This document shows positions 29,734-39,670 of a DNA stretch of 52,934 nt, in pieces; positions within the stretch are counted from its first letter, which is position 1; the number at the start of each line of letters is the position of its first letter. The notes under the pieces are model-generated. The model was not told the DNA's origin. It saw only the letters and a list, made by a program, of their open reading frames with translations, and did not search any database. The translations under genes were made by a program, and so were the position numbers. The stretch is from the NCBI GenBank assembly GCA_046155425.1, contig JBJXFM010000887.1:1-52934 (forward strand), read 5' to 3'. Source of the DNA: Blastocatellia bacterium. Lineage in GTDB: Bacteria; Acidobacteriota; Blastocatellia; RBC074.

Positions 29734-29820
29734 ATGACGACACTTATTGCCATGCTGATTTGTACATTGTTTCTCGCCGCCATCTGGAAAGTCCAGATCA
29801 ATGACGAGAGAGCCGAGTAA
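29734..29820 (+). CDS. Putative 28-aa small membrane protein (absent from the ORF track)
   Basis: AGGAG 8 nt before ATG; MTTLIAMLICTLFLAAIWKVQINDERAE*, a hydrophobic helix with a charged tail. Confidence 0.6.
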   Translation: MTTLIAMLICTLFLAAIWKVQINDERAE

Positions 29821-29949
29821 CTGTTGACCGCCTGCTGGCTCCGGAACACCCTTACCGGCTTCCTTCCCCATATCCCCAATACCTCGCCGGCCCGGATTTC
29901 TCCAGTTTGATTGCCTGCTCGCATACCCGTTCGCTACCATAGCGGCACG

Positions 29950-30408
29950 ATGAGCAGAGACAATTTCAGCGACTCCATCTCAGAGCAAAAAGAAAATATC
30001 AGGGCCCAGTCCCCTGGACAGGCGCGTGGTGTGTCCAGGGACCCCGCGATTCGCGTGACCATGATGCCCCGTGACACCAATAAACACGGGACCATCTTTG
30101 GCGGCGTGATCCTGAGCTATCTGGACCTCGCCGGCGACATCGAGGCGCGCCGCAACGCGCATCAGAAATTCGTGACCGTGGCCATTCGCGGTGTCGAATT
30201 CATCGCGCCCGTGTTCGTCGGGGACCTCGTCAGCTTTTATACGCGCACCATTAAAGTGGGCCGGACATCCGTCACCGTCGAAATCATCGTCGAAGCCCAG
30301 CGGGAACTCGATGGCGCGTCCGTTCGCGTGATGGAAGCCGAAGCCGTGTATGTCGCCGTGGATGAAAACCGCAATCCCGTTCCGGTGCGGCGTCAGACAC
30401 AGGAATAA
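29950..30408 (+). CDS. Acyl-CoA thioesterase, HotDog fold (YciA-like)
   Basis: [48 protein letters not shown]. Confidence 0.9.
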   Translation: MSRDNFSDSISEQKENIRAQSPGQARGVSRDPAIRVTMMPRDTNKHGTIFGGVILSYLDLAGDIEARRNAHQKFVTVAIRGVEFIAPVFVGDLVSFYTRTIKVGRTSVTVEIIVEAQRELDGASVRVMEAEAVYVAVDENRNPVPVRRQTQE

Positions 30409-30414
30409 AGGACG

Positions 30415-31311
30415 ATGCGTATCTGTTACTCAGACCGATATCAGATCCCGCTGCGTGACGGTCATCCTTTTCCCATGACCAAATACCGCATGGCCCGCGA
30501 TCAACTGCTGACCGAGGGATCCATCACGCACTGGCATCTCGTCGATCCGGGACTGGTGGATGACGGCGATGTCCTGCTGGTTCATCTGCCCGATTACTGG
30601 AATCGCGTCAAAAGCGGGGCGCTGACGGCCCAGGAAATCAGGCGCATCGGGTTCCCCTGGTCCGAGGCCCTTGTGTTTCGCGCCCGCGCGGCCGCGCAGG
30701 GAACCCTGACCGCCGCCCGCCACGCCCTGCGTGACGGCATCGCCGCCAACCTGGCCGGGGGCACGCACCATGCCTTTCCCGATCACGGCGAAGGCTATTG
30801 CATCCTGAACGACATCGCCATCTCCATCCGTGTGTTGCTGCGCGATCGCCGGATTGATCGCGCGGCGGTTATTGATTGCGACGTCCATCAGGGGAACGGA
30901 ACAGCCGCGATTTTTCGCGATGACCCGCGTGTCTTTACCTTCTCAATGCACGCGCGCAAAAATTTCCCGTTGCGCAAGGAAATCAGCCATCTGGATGTCG
31001 AGCTGAACGACGGAACAGATGACGCGGAATATCTTGCGCTGCTCGCCAGGCACGTCCCGGACATTATCCATCAGACAAAACCCGATATTGTTTTTTATCA
31101 GGCGGGCGTGGATCCACACGAACGAGACCGGCTCGGCAAGTTAAAGCTCACGCACGAGGGCCTGCGCATGCGAGATCAGTTTGTCATCTCCGCCTGTCGC
31201 AGGGCCGGTGTCCCCGTCGTCACGACCATGGGTGGCGGATATGGAAAGGACATCGGCGACACAGTTGCAGCGCATTGCAATACGATTCGCGTGGCGCTGG
31301 CGCATTACTGA
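30415..31311 (+). CDS. Histone deacetylase family (Zn-dependent amidohydrolase)
   Basis: HPFPMTKY, NLAGGTHHA, GYCILND, IDCDVHQGNGT, YQAGVD, MGGGY. Confidence 0.93.
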   Translation: MRICYSDRYQIPLRDGHPFPMTKYRMARDQLLTEGSITHWHLVDPGLVDDGDVLLVHLPDYWNRVKSGALTAQEIRRIGFPWSEALVFRARAAAQGTLTAARHALRDGIAANLAGGTHHAFPDHGEGYCILNDIAISIRVLLRDRRIDRAAVIDCDVHQGNGTAAIFRDDPRVFTFSMHARKNFPLRKEISHLDVELNDGTDDAEYLALLARHVPDIIHQTKPDIVFYQAGVDPHERDRLGKLKLTHEGLRMRDQFVISACRRAGVPVVTTMGGGYGKDIGDTVAAHCNTIRVALAHY

Positions 31312-31361
31312 CCCCGCTATTTCGCGGAAGTTCGCGGCGACGCCGCCACAAACTCGCGGCG

Positions 31362-31390
31362 TTGACGCACGTGAACTGATCGCCTAAGCT
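31362..31390 (+). promoter_or_regulatory. Putative sigma-70 promoter of ttcA
   Basis: TTGACG-N17-TAAGCT about 50 bp upstream of ATG 31440. Confidence 0.55.
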
Positions 31391-31439
31391 TGCCTTCGCT
31401 TTTCATAAGCATCCTAAATCAAACAGTTGACTGATTTTC

Positions 31440-32324
31440 ATGATTGATCAGGCGGAGAAACTTCGGAAAATTCTGCTGCGCCGCATGGGCGAGGCGATCG
31501 GGGATTTCGGTATGATCGCCGACGGCGACCGGATCATGGTCTGTCTCAGCGGCGGCAAGGACAGCTATTCAATGCTGACATTGCTGCTCGCCATGCAACA
31601 AAAAGCCCCCGTCCGTTTTGAACTGCTGGCGGTCAATCTGGATCAGAAACAACCCAACTTCCCCGAACATGTCCTGCCAGAATATCTGGCCGGCATCGGC
31701 GTGCCGTTCCGCATTGTCCAGCGAGACACCTATTCCGTCGTCAAGCGTCTGGTTCCCGAGGGGAAAACCTTTTGTTCCGTCTGCTCGCGCCTGCGACGTG
31801 GCATTCTGTACAACGTTGCCGTGGAAGAAGGCTGTAACAAAATCGCCCTCGGACATCATGCCGATGACGTCTTGCAGACCTTTCTGCTGAACCTGCTGTA
31901 TATCGGCACGATGAAGGCCATGCCGCCCGTGTTGCGTTCGGATGACGGACGCAACACCGTGATCCGCCCCCTCACGTATTGCTGGGAAAAGGACCTGGCG
32001 GAATTTGCGGCCACGCAGAGTTTTCCGATCATTCCCTGTGATCTCTGCGGCTCACAGGAAAACCTCAAGCGCAAACGCGTGGCCCGGCTGATCAATGAAC
32101 TGCAAGGAGAAATCCCCCATGTTCGCCAGTCCATGCTGACCGCGCTGGGCAAGGTGGTCACAACACACCTGCTGGATACAAACCTGAACGATTTCAAAAC
32201 CCTTTCACAAATGAGCGGGATTGTGACCGGCAACGTCGCCGACGAGCTGGACGCCGCGCTGGGCATGCACGAGGAAACGCCGGTCAGCAATGGCCTGGTC
32301 ACACTCGAACTGGCGCATCCATAA
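31440..32324 (+). CDS. ttcA: tRNA 2-thiocytidine(32) synthetase
   Basis: PP-loop [45 protein letters not shown]. Confidence 0.94.
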   Translation: MIDQAEKLRKILLRRMGEAIGDFGMIADGDRIMVCLSGGKDSYSMLTLLLAMQQKAPVRFELLAVNLDQKQPNFPEHVLPEYLAGIGVPFRIVQRDTYSVVKRLVPEGKTFCSVCSRLRRGILYNVAVEEGCNKIALGHHADDVLQTFLLNLLYIGTMKAMPPVLRSDDGRNTVIRPLTYCWEKDLAEFAATQSFPIIPCDLCGSQENLKRKRVARLINELQGEIPHVRQSMLTALGKVVTTHLLDTNLNDFKTLSQMSGIVTGNVADELDAALGMHEETPVSNGLVTLELAHP

Positions 32325-32378
32325 CCACTTTATGGCAACACCCCGCCGTCAGATAAAACCTTTCATACAGGTACTAAC

Positions 32379-32975
32379 ATGCAAGCTCCGACCCCGCCCG
32401 CGGAAAAGCTGGTACAGATCGAACCACTTCGCAAGGATCAACCCACGCTGACCGCCTCGACTGCCAATCAACTGGCTCCCCGGCCCGTGACCGACATCGC
32501 CCTTCCCCCGATTCCGTCCGACTGGTGGGTCTATCGCAAAAAAACAGAAGCCCTGGCGCGCAAACTGGCCGGGTACTTTTACACAACGCACTCCTTCGGC
32601 GCGACGCGCAGATGGGTGTTGTCCACTTTCCTGCCGGATCGCATCCTTTATCGCTGGAAACCCTATCAACGCGGTGGCTGCAATCGTTGCGGACTTTGCT
32701 GCAAGATCATTTTCCGCTGCCCGTTTTATCACGAAGACGGCAAAACCACCGCCTGCATGATTTACACAACCAGGCATGCGGTGCCGCCCTGTGTCAGTTT
32801 CCCGATTGATCCGATTGACCTGCGCGAGGTACAGCGCGAAGTCGCGCCGGCGCCGTGCCCGTTTTATTTCGAGGGACAGCCGGAATACCCGACCACCTGG
32901 GGCGCGATCCGCGCGGATGTCCGCCTGCAAATCGCCCGGCGGCTGGAAAAGGTTCGCGAGGTGTTTGATTTTTGA
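32379..32975 (+). CDS. Cys-rich hypothetical protein, CxxCxxCC (YkgJ/UPF0153-like) putative Fe-S/Zn binder
   Basis: CNRCGLCC....CPF...CMIY.....PPCVSFP...CPF. Confidence 0.7.
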   Translation: MQAPTPPAEKLVQIEPLRKDQPTLTASTANQLAPRPVTDIALPPIPSDWWVYRKKTEALARKLAGYFYTTHSFGATRRWVLSTFLPDRILYRWKPYQRGGCNRCGLCCKIIFRCPFYHEDGKTTACMIYTTRHAVPPCVSFPIDPIDLREVQREVAPAPCPFYFEGQPEYPTTWGAIRADVRLQIARRLEKVREVFDF

Positions 32976-32978
32976 GGT

Positions 32979-33389
32979 CTAGATTGCGCCACGGCATTTT
33001 GCCGCGCCACAGCGGCAGCGTTTTTGTCCTTCGTGATAGGATGACCCGTAATCCACCGTGATTTCCTCGCCTGGCTCGATATCGCGCAGGGCCAGAAACA
33101 AAATGCGGCCATGCGATGTGCGGGTAAAACAATTGGGCTGGCAGGAATGATTGATGTACTGCGTCCCGTTGCCCCCTTTGTCGCCATCGATCGCCCAGTT
33201 CTCATCCACCCCGCAGATACGAATGACTTTTTGTTCGGCGACGCGGCGCGTGGCTTCGTCCTGCGTAATGCGCTCGCCGGCGTATTCCGCGATTTTTCGC
33301 CACTTTTTGAAAGAAGCCGTCGCAAAACATCCCTTGCCGGCGATGCCGGATTTGCGTACGGTCACGCCCGGCGTATATTTCCCGCTCAC
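32979..33389 (-). CDS. Stand-alone SET domain protein with post-SET motif (putative lysine methyltransferase)
   Basis: GKGCFA, YINHSCQPN, ALRDIEPGEEITVDY, CRCGAAKCRG; GTG start overlaps the upstream TGA. Confidence 0.9.
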   Translation of the reverse strand: MSGKYTPGVTVRKSGIAGKGCFATASFKKWRKIAEYAGERITQDEATRRVAEQKVIRICGVDENWAIDGDKGGNGTQYINHSCQPNCFTRTSHGRILFLALRDIEPGEEITVDYGSSYHEGQKRCRCGAAKCRGAI

Positions 33390-36300
33390 GATTCAATCCC
33401 TCCCAGCGAAATCACCTGATCGGTGTAACTCTCAAAACTGTCGTCGTGGCTGATGACAAATAACTGCTCGAATGCGCGGATGCGCCCGATCTGTTGCGCC
33501 AGATTGCGGCGGCGTTCCTCGTCCATGTTCACCGTCGGCTCGTCGAAAAAGGCGATGTTGACTTCCGACAGCTGCCGCAACAATGCCAGGCGCAGCGCCA
33601 GCGCGGCGGCCATCTGCTCGCCGCCGGACAAACTGACGTAGGGACGCTCACGCCCGTCCTCTTCCAGCATGATTTCGTATTCCCGTGTCCAGCGCAGCGT
33701 CACGGCGTGGTTTCCCGTAATGTCGCGAAACAACTGGCAGGCTTCGCGCGAAATCGAGAGCAGCCAGGACTCGGTAATGTACGGCGCGGATTTGCCCAGG
33801 ATGTCGCGAATGAAATCCGCGATGTCGCGTAGTTTCACTTCCTGATCACGCCGCGCCATCTCGGCGCGCATGCGTTCACGCGCCAGTTCCAGTGTTTCCA
33901 GCTGGTCCCGCAACCGCGCAAACTGCTCCCGGCCATGTTCCAGTTGCGTGGTCAGTTGTGTCAGACGATCACGCGTCTGCCCCAGCGCTTCGCGATCATT
34001 CCCATGCCGCGTGGCGTCGTATTGTGCTTCAAGCTGCGCCAGCTCGTTTTCAGCCGTGCGCAGCTGCCGTTCGGCGTCTTCTGATTCCGTGGAGCGCGCG
34101 CGAAGTTCAGCTTCGCATTCATCCACGACGGCCGCCTGTTTTTCATTGGCGAGATAGGCCTGATGATCGGCCGCAGCGGCCGCGCGCGTGGCATTCATTT
34201 CCGCGATCCGCGCATCCAGCGCGGCGAAACGCGGCAGGGCCTGATTGATTTCCGCGAACCTGGCGTCAATTGCGGTGACGGATTGCCCGCCTTTCGCCGC
34301 CGCCTCGCGCCATTCCGGTTCACGGTCAATCGTCTGCCGCAAAGCCATGGCGCGCGCGCGCGGATCGCCAAGGTTTGTCAGCTGATCATGTAAATCCCGC
34401 AGCTGTGTTTCAAGATCACCAAGCTGATCCAGGCGCGTCTGCAATGCCTCACGCTGTTTTCTCCGCGCGGCCCCTTCTTCCTTTACCTGCTCCATTTCCA
34501 GCCGCAGCGGAACCGCCTGGCTATATTGCCGCTGCGCCTCGCGCGCCTGCCGCAATGCCGCATCCAGCTCGCTGCGCCGGCCGCGCAGGATCCGCAGATC
34601 TCCTTCCTGAATCACTGCGCCGGGCGCGATTTCCGCCTGCAATGTTTCGATGCGCTGGCGTTGCTGTTCGAGCAGACCATCCAGACGCTTCTCTGTTTCG
34701 CGCAGGGCAGGTAATCTGGCGGCCTCGCCAGCCTGCACACGTAATTCCTTCAGCCCCGCGCCCGTAGCGGCAATTGCGCTTTCCAGCCCGTTGATTTCCA
34801 GACGGCGTTTTTCCAGACCCGCGCGAAAACGCCCGTCAAGTGATTCGCCGGGTTTCAGGTTCAGGCATTTTTCCGTCAGCAGCGGGCAGACGCCGCCGCT
34901 TTCGAGGCTGGTGATCATCTCGGCGTCGCGCGAAACCTCGGCGCGCAATCTGGCCAGCGCTTCGGTTTCGGCCTGAAATCGCGCTTCGGATTCAGGTAAC
35001 AGGCTGGCTGATTGCGCCAATGGCGCGAGGCGTTGCGCTTCATCGGCAACGGCCCGGTGTTCCGTCTGCAAACGTTTTTGCTCCGTCAGCAGCTGTTCCA
35101 GCAATTCCTGTTTTGCGTTGTATTGCTGCAGGGCGTTCTGTTTTTCCGTCAGCTCCTGTGCCAGGCGGGTGTGTTCGGCTTCCAGTTTCTCGACGCTTTC
35201 GGCTGTTTCGCGCTGTTGCTCAGCGGTTTCGAGGCGCCGCGAAACGTCGGAATAACGTGTGCGCAGGGTGGTCAGTTCCTGATCCAGCGTGGCCAGTGAT
35301 CGTTGCAATCCCTGCGCTTCGCCGCGCGCCTCGCGCATTTGCGAAAGCCGCGTTTCCAGCTCAGCCTGCGCGGCCAGCGACTGATCAAGACTGGCCAGCG
35401 CGCGACGCGCATCGTCTATTTCCGTCAGGGCTTCACGCGCGCGTTCGAGGCGCACGCGCGCGCCGAGCAGTTCGCGCTCGGTCAGCGCGGCCTGCTGGCG
35501 CAGTTCATCGCGCCGCGCGCGTTCCTGTTCACATTCGATCAGCTCCCGCGAGGCGCTTTGCCAGCGTGCATAGCCGGCCCGGGATTTCTCGACGATTTCC
35601 GCCGCCATGCGTGCGGCCTGCGCCGCCATATGCGCGGACCGCAAACGGCCCTGGGCGGCCTCGTCAACGACTTTCAGTTGTCCGGCCTGATTGCGCAGTT
35701 CGCCGATGCGTTGCCACAGGGCATCTGACTGCGTGACCGCCGCTGACAATCGCGTATGTTCAGCCTGCGCCTCCCGGGATGCGGTTTCCAGCGATTGCAG
35801 CAACGCCGCCGTTTCCGCGTGCCGCGATCTGACTTCGTCGTATCGCTTCAGCTCGCCCTCGGCCTCGGCCAGACGGCGATCAATTTCGCTGATCCGCGAT
35901 TCAAAATAACGCAGCGTGTCTTTCAGGGAATCGGCCGCGTCGCGGTATTCCTCAACCCTGAGAATCTGATCGAAAATCTTCTTGCGTGGCGCGGGAGCGA
36001 GGGTGAAATCGTAGGTGAATGCGCCCTGTGGGACGCCGATGGTGGATTTGAAAAGCGCGGCGAGGTCGGTTTCCGGGGCGACACCAATGTGCTGTCGCAG
36101 AAAGGGGACAACCTGGCTTTTCTGTTCGACGAGACGTGTTTTGGTGACGGGATCGAACACGAAATAACCGCCCCCCGTGTCGCGGGTGATGGTGTATTCG
36201 CGCTGATCGAGGCTGGAAATAAAGGAAACGGCGACCTGGCCTTTTTTCGCGCCACGCCGCAGGAAATCGTCGCGGTTGTATTCGAGATGGTCGAACAACG

Positions 36301-36436
36301 CCCAGGCGATGGCCTCAATGATCGTGGTCTTGCCGGCGCCGTTCGGGCCGCAGATCGCAATCACACCAGGACCAAAGCTGAAGGTGGCTTCCGCGTGGCT
36401 CTTGATGTTTCTGAGTTCGACTCTGGTGATTTGCAA
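33386..36436 (-). CDS. sbcC: SbcC/Rad50-type SMC family ATPase
   Basis: Walker A GPNGAGKT, Q-loop VPQG, long coiled coil, central CPLLTEKC, signature LSGGE, Walker B FFDEPT, VISH. Confidence 0.88.
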   Translation of the reverse strand: MQITRVELRNIKSHAEATFSFGPGVIAICGPNGAGKTTIIEAIAWALFDHLEYNRDDFLRRGAKKGQVAVSFISSLDQREYTITRDTGGGYFVFDPVTKTRLVEQKSQVVPFLRQHIGVAPETDLAALFKSTIGVPQGAFTYDFTLAPAPRKKIFDQILRVEEYRDAADSLKDTLRYFESRISEIDRRLAEAEGELKRYDEVRSRHAETAALLQSLETASREAQAEHTRLSAAVTQSDALWQRIGELRNQAGQLKVVDEAAQGRLRSAHMAAQAARMAAEIVEKSRAGYARWQSASRELIECEQERARRDELRQQAALTERELLGARVRLERAREALTEIDDARRALASLDQSLAAQAELETRLSQMREARGEAQGLQRSLATLDQELTTLRTRYSDVSRRLETAEQQRETAESVEKLEAEHTRLAQELTEKQNALQQYNAKQELLEQLLTEQKRLQTEHRAVADEAQRLAPLAQSASLLPESEARFQAETEALARLRAEVSRDAEMITSLESGGVCPLLTEKCLNLKPGESLDGRFRAGLEKRRLEINGLESAIAATGAGLKELRVQAGEAARLPALRETEKRLDGLLEQQRQRIETLQAEIAPGAVIQEGDLRILRGRRSELDAALRQAREAQRQYSQAVPLRLEMEQVKEEGAARRKQREALQTRLDQLGDLETQLRDLHDQLTNLGDPRARAMALRQTIDREPEWREAAAKGGQSVTAIDARFAEINQALPRFAALDARIAEMNATRAAAAADHQAYLANEKQAAVVDECEAELRARSTESEDAERQLRTAENELAQLEAQYDATRHGNDREALGQTRDRLTQLTTQLEHGREQFARLRDQLETLELARERMRAEMARRDQEVKLRDIADFIRDILGKSAPYITESWLLSISREACQLFRDITGNHAVTLRWTREYEIMLEEDGRERPYVSLSGGEQMAAALALRLALLRQLSEVNIAFFDEPTVNMDEERRRNLAQQIGRIRAFEQLFVISHDDSFESYTDQVISLGGIES

Positions 36437-36531
36437 GGGGCGGGAAAACGGTTGTCTGCCAGTCGCGGCCGTCTGTCTGTGCCTGCCTTTCCCTGCCGGT
36501 CATACGCCGGCAAAGCGGGAAGTTCAGGCGT

Positions 36532-36607
36532 CCGGTTATCAGTCGTCAGAATTTGCGTCAGAATTTGAATGACGGAATAAAGGCTGGAACTGACAACTGA
36601 TAACCGG
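36532..36607. repeat. REP-like 18-bp inverted repeat with 40-bp spacer
   Basis: CCGGTTATCAGTCGTCAG (36532-36549) / CTGACAACTGATAACCGG (36590-36607), one mismatch; GTCAGAATTTG is repeated twice across the left arm and spacer. Confidence 0.8.
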
Positions 36608-36639
36608 CTCGCGGCTACTGTCGGTGTACAACAGTCTGC

Positions 36640-36858
36640 TTACACCTGGGCGTTCTGGGCGGCTTCCGTGTTGCCAGGATGACCGAGCAGATGCTTGCCT
36701 TCCTCGCTGCGTGGATCGATGGTTCTGATATGACGACGTCCGCGCATCTCCCAGATGGCGGTAATCACACCATTTTTTTCGACCGCGTGGTAGGAAATTT
36801 CCTCCGGCGCGGTTTCGGCTGCCGCAGAACCATTGGTTTCTGCCTTATGTTCACTCAT
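36640..36858 (-). CDS. Small hypothetical protein (72 aa)
   Basis: AGGAG upstream; fills the gap between same-strand genes; compact core ISYHAVEKNGVITAIWEMRGRRHIRTIDPRSEEG. Confidence 0.6.
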   Translation of the reverse strand: MSEHKAETNGSAAAETAPEEISYHAVEKNGVITAIWEMRGRRHIRTIDPRSEEGKHLLGHPGNTEAAQNAQV

Positions 36859-37013
36859 TGAAATACTCACTCCTGATTTTATTATTTGCTAAACAAGCGA
36901 CTGGATTCTGCCACAGCGCGCGCGCGGGTGTCCAGCAATGCGGGTCGCGCCCGGCTTCTTTACGCCTCCTTACGCCGCGGGCACGGGTTGTCAGCCAGCG
37001 CGGTGGCGCATAT

Positions 37014-37979
37014 TTACCAGCCATTCGCGCGATCCCAGGCGAAATCGCGCAGGCGTCGCCACAATTCATCAGACAGCGCGCGGCCATCCGACATGCCAAT
37101 GTTGCTGTCCACATGCGCAGCCGTCCGCATGCCGGGAATGACTGTTCCGACAGCCTCGGGTTGCAGGGTGAAGCGCAGGGCCAGTTCCGGCAAGGTTCGC
37201 GCTTCATCGCCCAGCAGCTGTTTCAGCCGCTCGACGCGTTCCCATACTTTTCGTTTGCGATCTCCGGCGAAAAAGAAATTGCGAAAATCGCCTTCGGGAA
37301 AAGTCGAATCAGGCGTGATGGCGCCCGTCAGTCCGCTTTCATCAAAGGGCACGCGGGCAATCACGCCGATGTCGAGCTCATCGCACAGGGGAAACAATTC
37401 TTTTTCCGGCGCCTGTTCGAAAATGTTGTAAATCACCTGGACCGTGTCGATGTGGCCGGTGCGGAGCGCGCGCAGGACGTTGGCCGGCTGATAATCGTTG
37501 ATCGAAATGCCGAAATGCAGGACCTTCCCCTGCTCCCGCAATCTGAGCAGCGCCTCGATCCATTCGGTTTCGTCCGCCCAGTTGTCGTGCCAGACGTGCA
37601 GCTGTTGTATGTCGATGTGGTCGATCCCGAGGTTCTGCAGGCTCTGTTCCGTGCAGCGCGTGATGTATTCGGCGTCGAACACCTCGCGCAGGGGCACGTC
37701 ACGCGCGGGCCATTGCCGGTTTTTGGGCGGGATTTTGGTGGCGATGCAGATGCGTTCGCGGTGCGCGCGGGCAATCTCGCCAACGATGCGCTCGCTGTGC
37801 CCGTCGCCATAGGCAAGAGCCGTGTCGATAAAATTCATGCCCAGGTCGATGGCCCGGTTCAAAGCGCGGCGCGCTTCGTCGTCCGTGCCGCCCTGCCATT
37901 GCACACCACCGATTCCCCACGCGCCATACCCGATTTCAGACACGCGAATCCCTGTTCGTCCAAGGGTTCGATAATTCAT
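37014..37979 (-). CDS. Aldo/keto reductase
   Basis: [58 protein letters not shown]. Confidence 0.94.
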   Translation of the reverse strand: MNYRTLGRTGIRVSEIGYGAWGIGGVQWQGGTDDEARRALNRAIDLGMNFIDTALAYGDGHSERIVGEIARAHRERICIATKIPPKNRQWPARDVPLREVFDAEYITRCTEQSLQNLGIDHIDIQQLHVWHDNWADETEWIEALLRLREQGKVLHFGISINDYQPANVLRALRTGHIDTVQVIYNIFEQAPEKELFPLCDELDIGVIARVPFDESGLTGAITPDSTFPEGDFRNFFFAGDRKRKVWERVERLKQLLGDEARTLPELALRFTLQPEAVGTVIPGMRTAAHVDSNIGMSDGRALSDELWRRLRDFAWDRANGW

Positions 37980-38113
37980 CGATTGTTTTCTCCGGGTTTG
38001 CTTTTGCCTTGCGGCGAAGATTACTGAGACAATACGCGGACATTTTACGTTGAATATCGCCAACTCCCAAAACGCGCGGTGTAAAATCCTCGCCCGGTAA
38101 AGGAATCAATGGC

Positions 38114-39394
38114 ATGAATCTGCCCCTGGAAACACAGACGGCCCCGGCTGGTTTTCTGTCCGGCTTCACCGGATTGACGCGCATGCAATGGAACACCCTG
38201 CTGGCGGCCAAGGCCGGCTGGATGCTCGACGCGATGGACGTCATGTTGTATGCCTTCGCGCTGACCACGCTGAAAAGCGAGTTTGGCTTCACCGACAAAG
38301 AGGCCGGCCTGGTCGCGTCGGCGACCTTGTTTGCCGCGGCGGCGGGCGGCATCGGGTTCGGCGTGGTCGCGGACCGCTGGGGACGCCGGCACGCGCTGTC
38401 GCTGACGCTGCTGATCTATTCGCTGGGCAGCGCCGCCACGGCGACAGTCGGCCTGTTCGGCGCGTCATGGTTTTCACCCCTGACACAGCTGCTTTTCTGG
38501 CGGGCGTTTCTCGGCCTCGGCATGGGCGGCGAATGGGCCTGCGGCGCGGCGCTGGTCGCGGAAACATGGCCGGCGCACCTGCGTGGACGCGCCATGGCGA
38601 TCATGCAATCGGGCTGGGCGCTCGGCTATATCCTCGCCGCGTTGCTGGCCGCGCTGATCCTGCCGCTGTATGGCTGGCGCGCCCTGTTCCTCGTAGGTGT
38701 GCTGCCCGCGTTGCTGATTGTCTGGATACGGCGGCATGTGCCGGAAACACTGGAACGCGCGCCAGGCGAAAAACCCGCCTCGCCACTCGAGGTTTTCAGC
38801 CCGCGGTTTCGCAGCTTTACCCTGCGCGCGGGTTCCGTCGCCGTCTGTGTGCTGATCGCCTACTGGGGCTTGTTCACATGGCTGCCGACATTTCTGGCAA
38901 GGCCGGTGGAACAGGGCGGCGCGGGCCTCGGCGTCATTCGCGGGCTGGGCTGGATCGTGCCCACGCAGATCGGCGCGTTTTTCGGCTATCTGAGTTTTGG
39001 CGTGATTGCCGACAAACTGGGCCGCCGCCCGGCCTTCATCCTGTACCTGCTGGTCACGGCGGTCATCACGCCGATCTATGGGTTGTATGCGCGCAACGCC
39101 ACCCTGCTGTTGTTGCTGGGTCCGGTGCTCGGTTTTTTCGGCTCGGGATATTTCAGTCTGTTCGGAACCATGGTCTCGGAATTGTTTCCGCAACGCATCC
39201 GCGCGACGGCGCTGGGCGTCATTTATAACATCGGGCGCGCGGCCAGCGCCGTCGCGCCGTGGCTGGTCGGCGCGCTGGCCGATCAATATGGTATCGGCAG
39301 CGCGCTGGGCGCGACTTCGCTGTTCCTGCTGGCGGGCGCGGCGCTGATGCTGACCCTGCCGGAAACAAAGGGGAAAGAGCTGACGGAAAACTGA
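38114..39394 (+). CDS. MFS transporter (aromatic acid / sialate:H+ symporter-like)
   Basis: GWMLDAMD, FGVVADRWGRR (motif A), GLGMGGEW, ETWPAHLRG, ADKLGRR, ELFPQRIRA, LPETKG. Confidence 0.93.
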   Translation: MNLPLETQTAPAGFLSGFTGLTRMQWNTLLAAKAGWMLDAMDVMLYAFALTTLKSEFGFTDKEAGLVASATLFAAAAGGIGFGVVADRWGRRHALSLTLLIYSLGSAATATVGLFGASWFSPLTQLLFWRAFLGLGMGGEWACGAALVAETWPAHLRGRAMAIMQSGWALGYILAALLAALILPLYGWRALFLVGVLPALLIVWIRRHVPETLERAPGEKPASPLEVFSPRFRSFTLRAGSVAVCVLIAYWGLFTWLPTFLARPVEQGGAGLGVIRGLGWIVPTQIGAFFGYLSFGVIADKLGRRPAFILYLLVTAVITPIYGLYARNATLLLLLGPVLGFFGSGYFSLFGTMVSELFPQRIRATALGVIYNIGRAASAVAPWLVGALADQYGIGSALGATSLFLLAGAALMLTLPETKGKELTEN

Positions 39395-39503
39395 TCCCCG
39401 GCCCGCCCCGAAAATATTCCTGTGTCTTTTTCCGCATCCGGCGCGCGGAAACGGGTGGTTTACGGCGCGGTCAGGCTATAATGTCAGCCTCACGCAGCGG
39501 TCA

Positions 39504-39662
39504 ATGAGCAAAAAAGGTCTGAACAAATGTCCGGGCAGACGCCTGATCGACGTCAGTTATCCGTTTGAATCCGGGTTGCCAATCTATCCGGGCCGGCTTC
39601 CGGTTTCATTGTTTTCCCGGCCAATTCCGTGGCGTGGGCCCCAGGGCCCGTGCGGTACGTGA
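39504..39662 (+). pseudogene. Possible remnant of a cyclase/KynB-family gene
   Basis: 52-codon ORF containing RLIDVSYPFESGLPIYPG, resembling the IDLSxPxxxxxPxYPG N-terminus of cyclase-family proteins; TATAAT at 39477-39482. Confidence 0.4.
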
Positions 39663-39670
39663 GTGATTTT

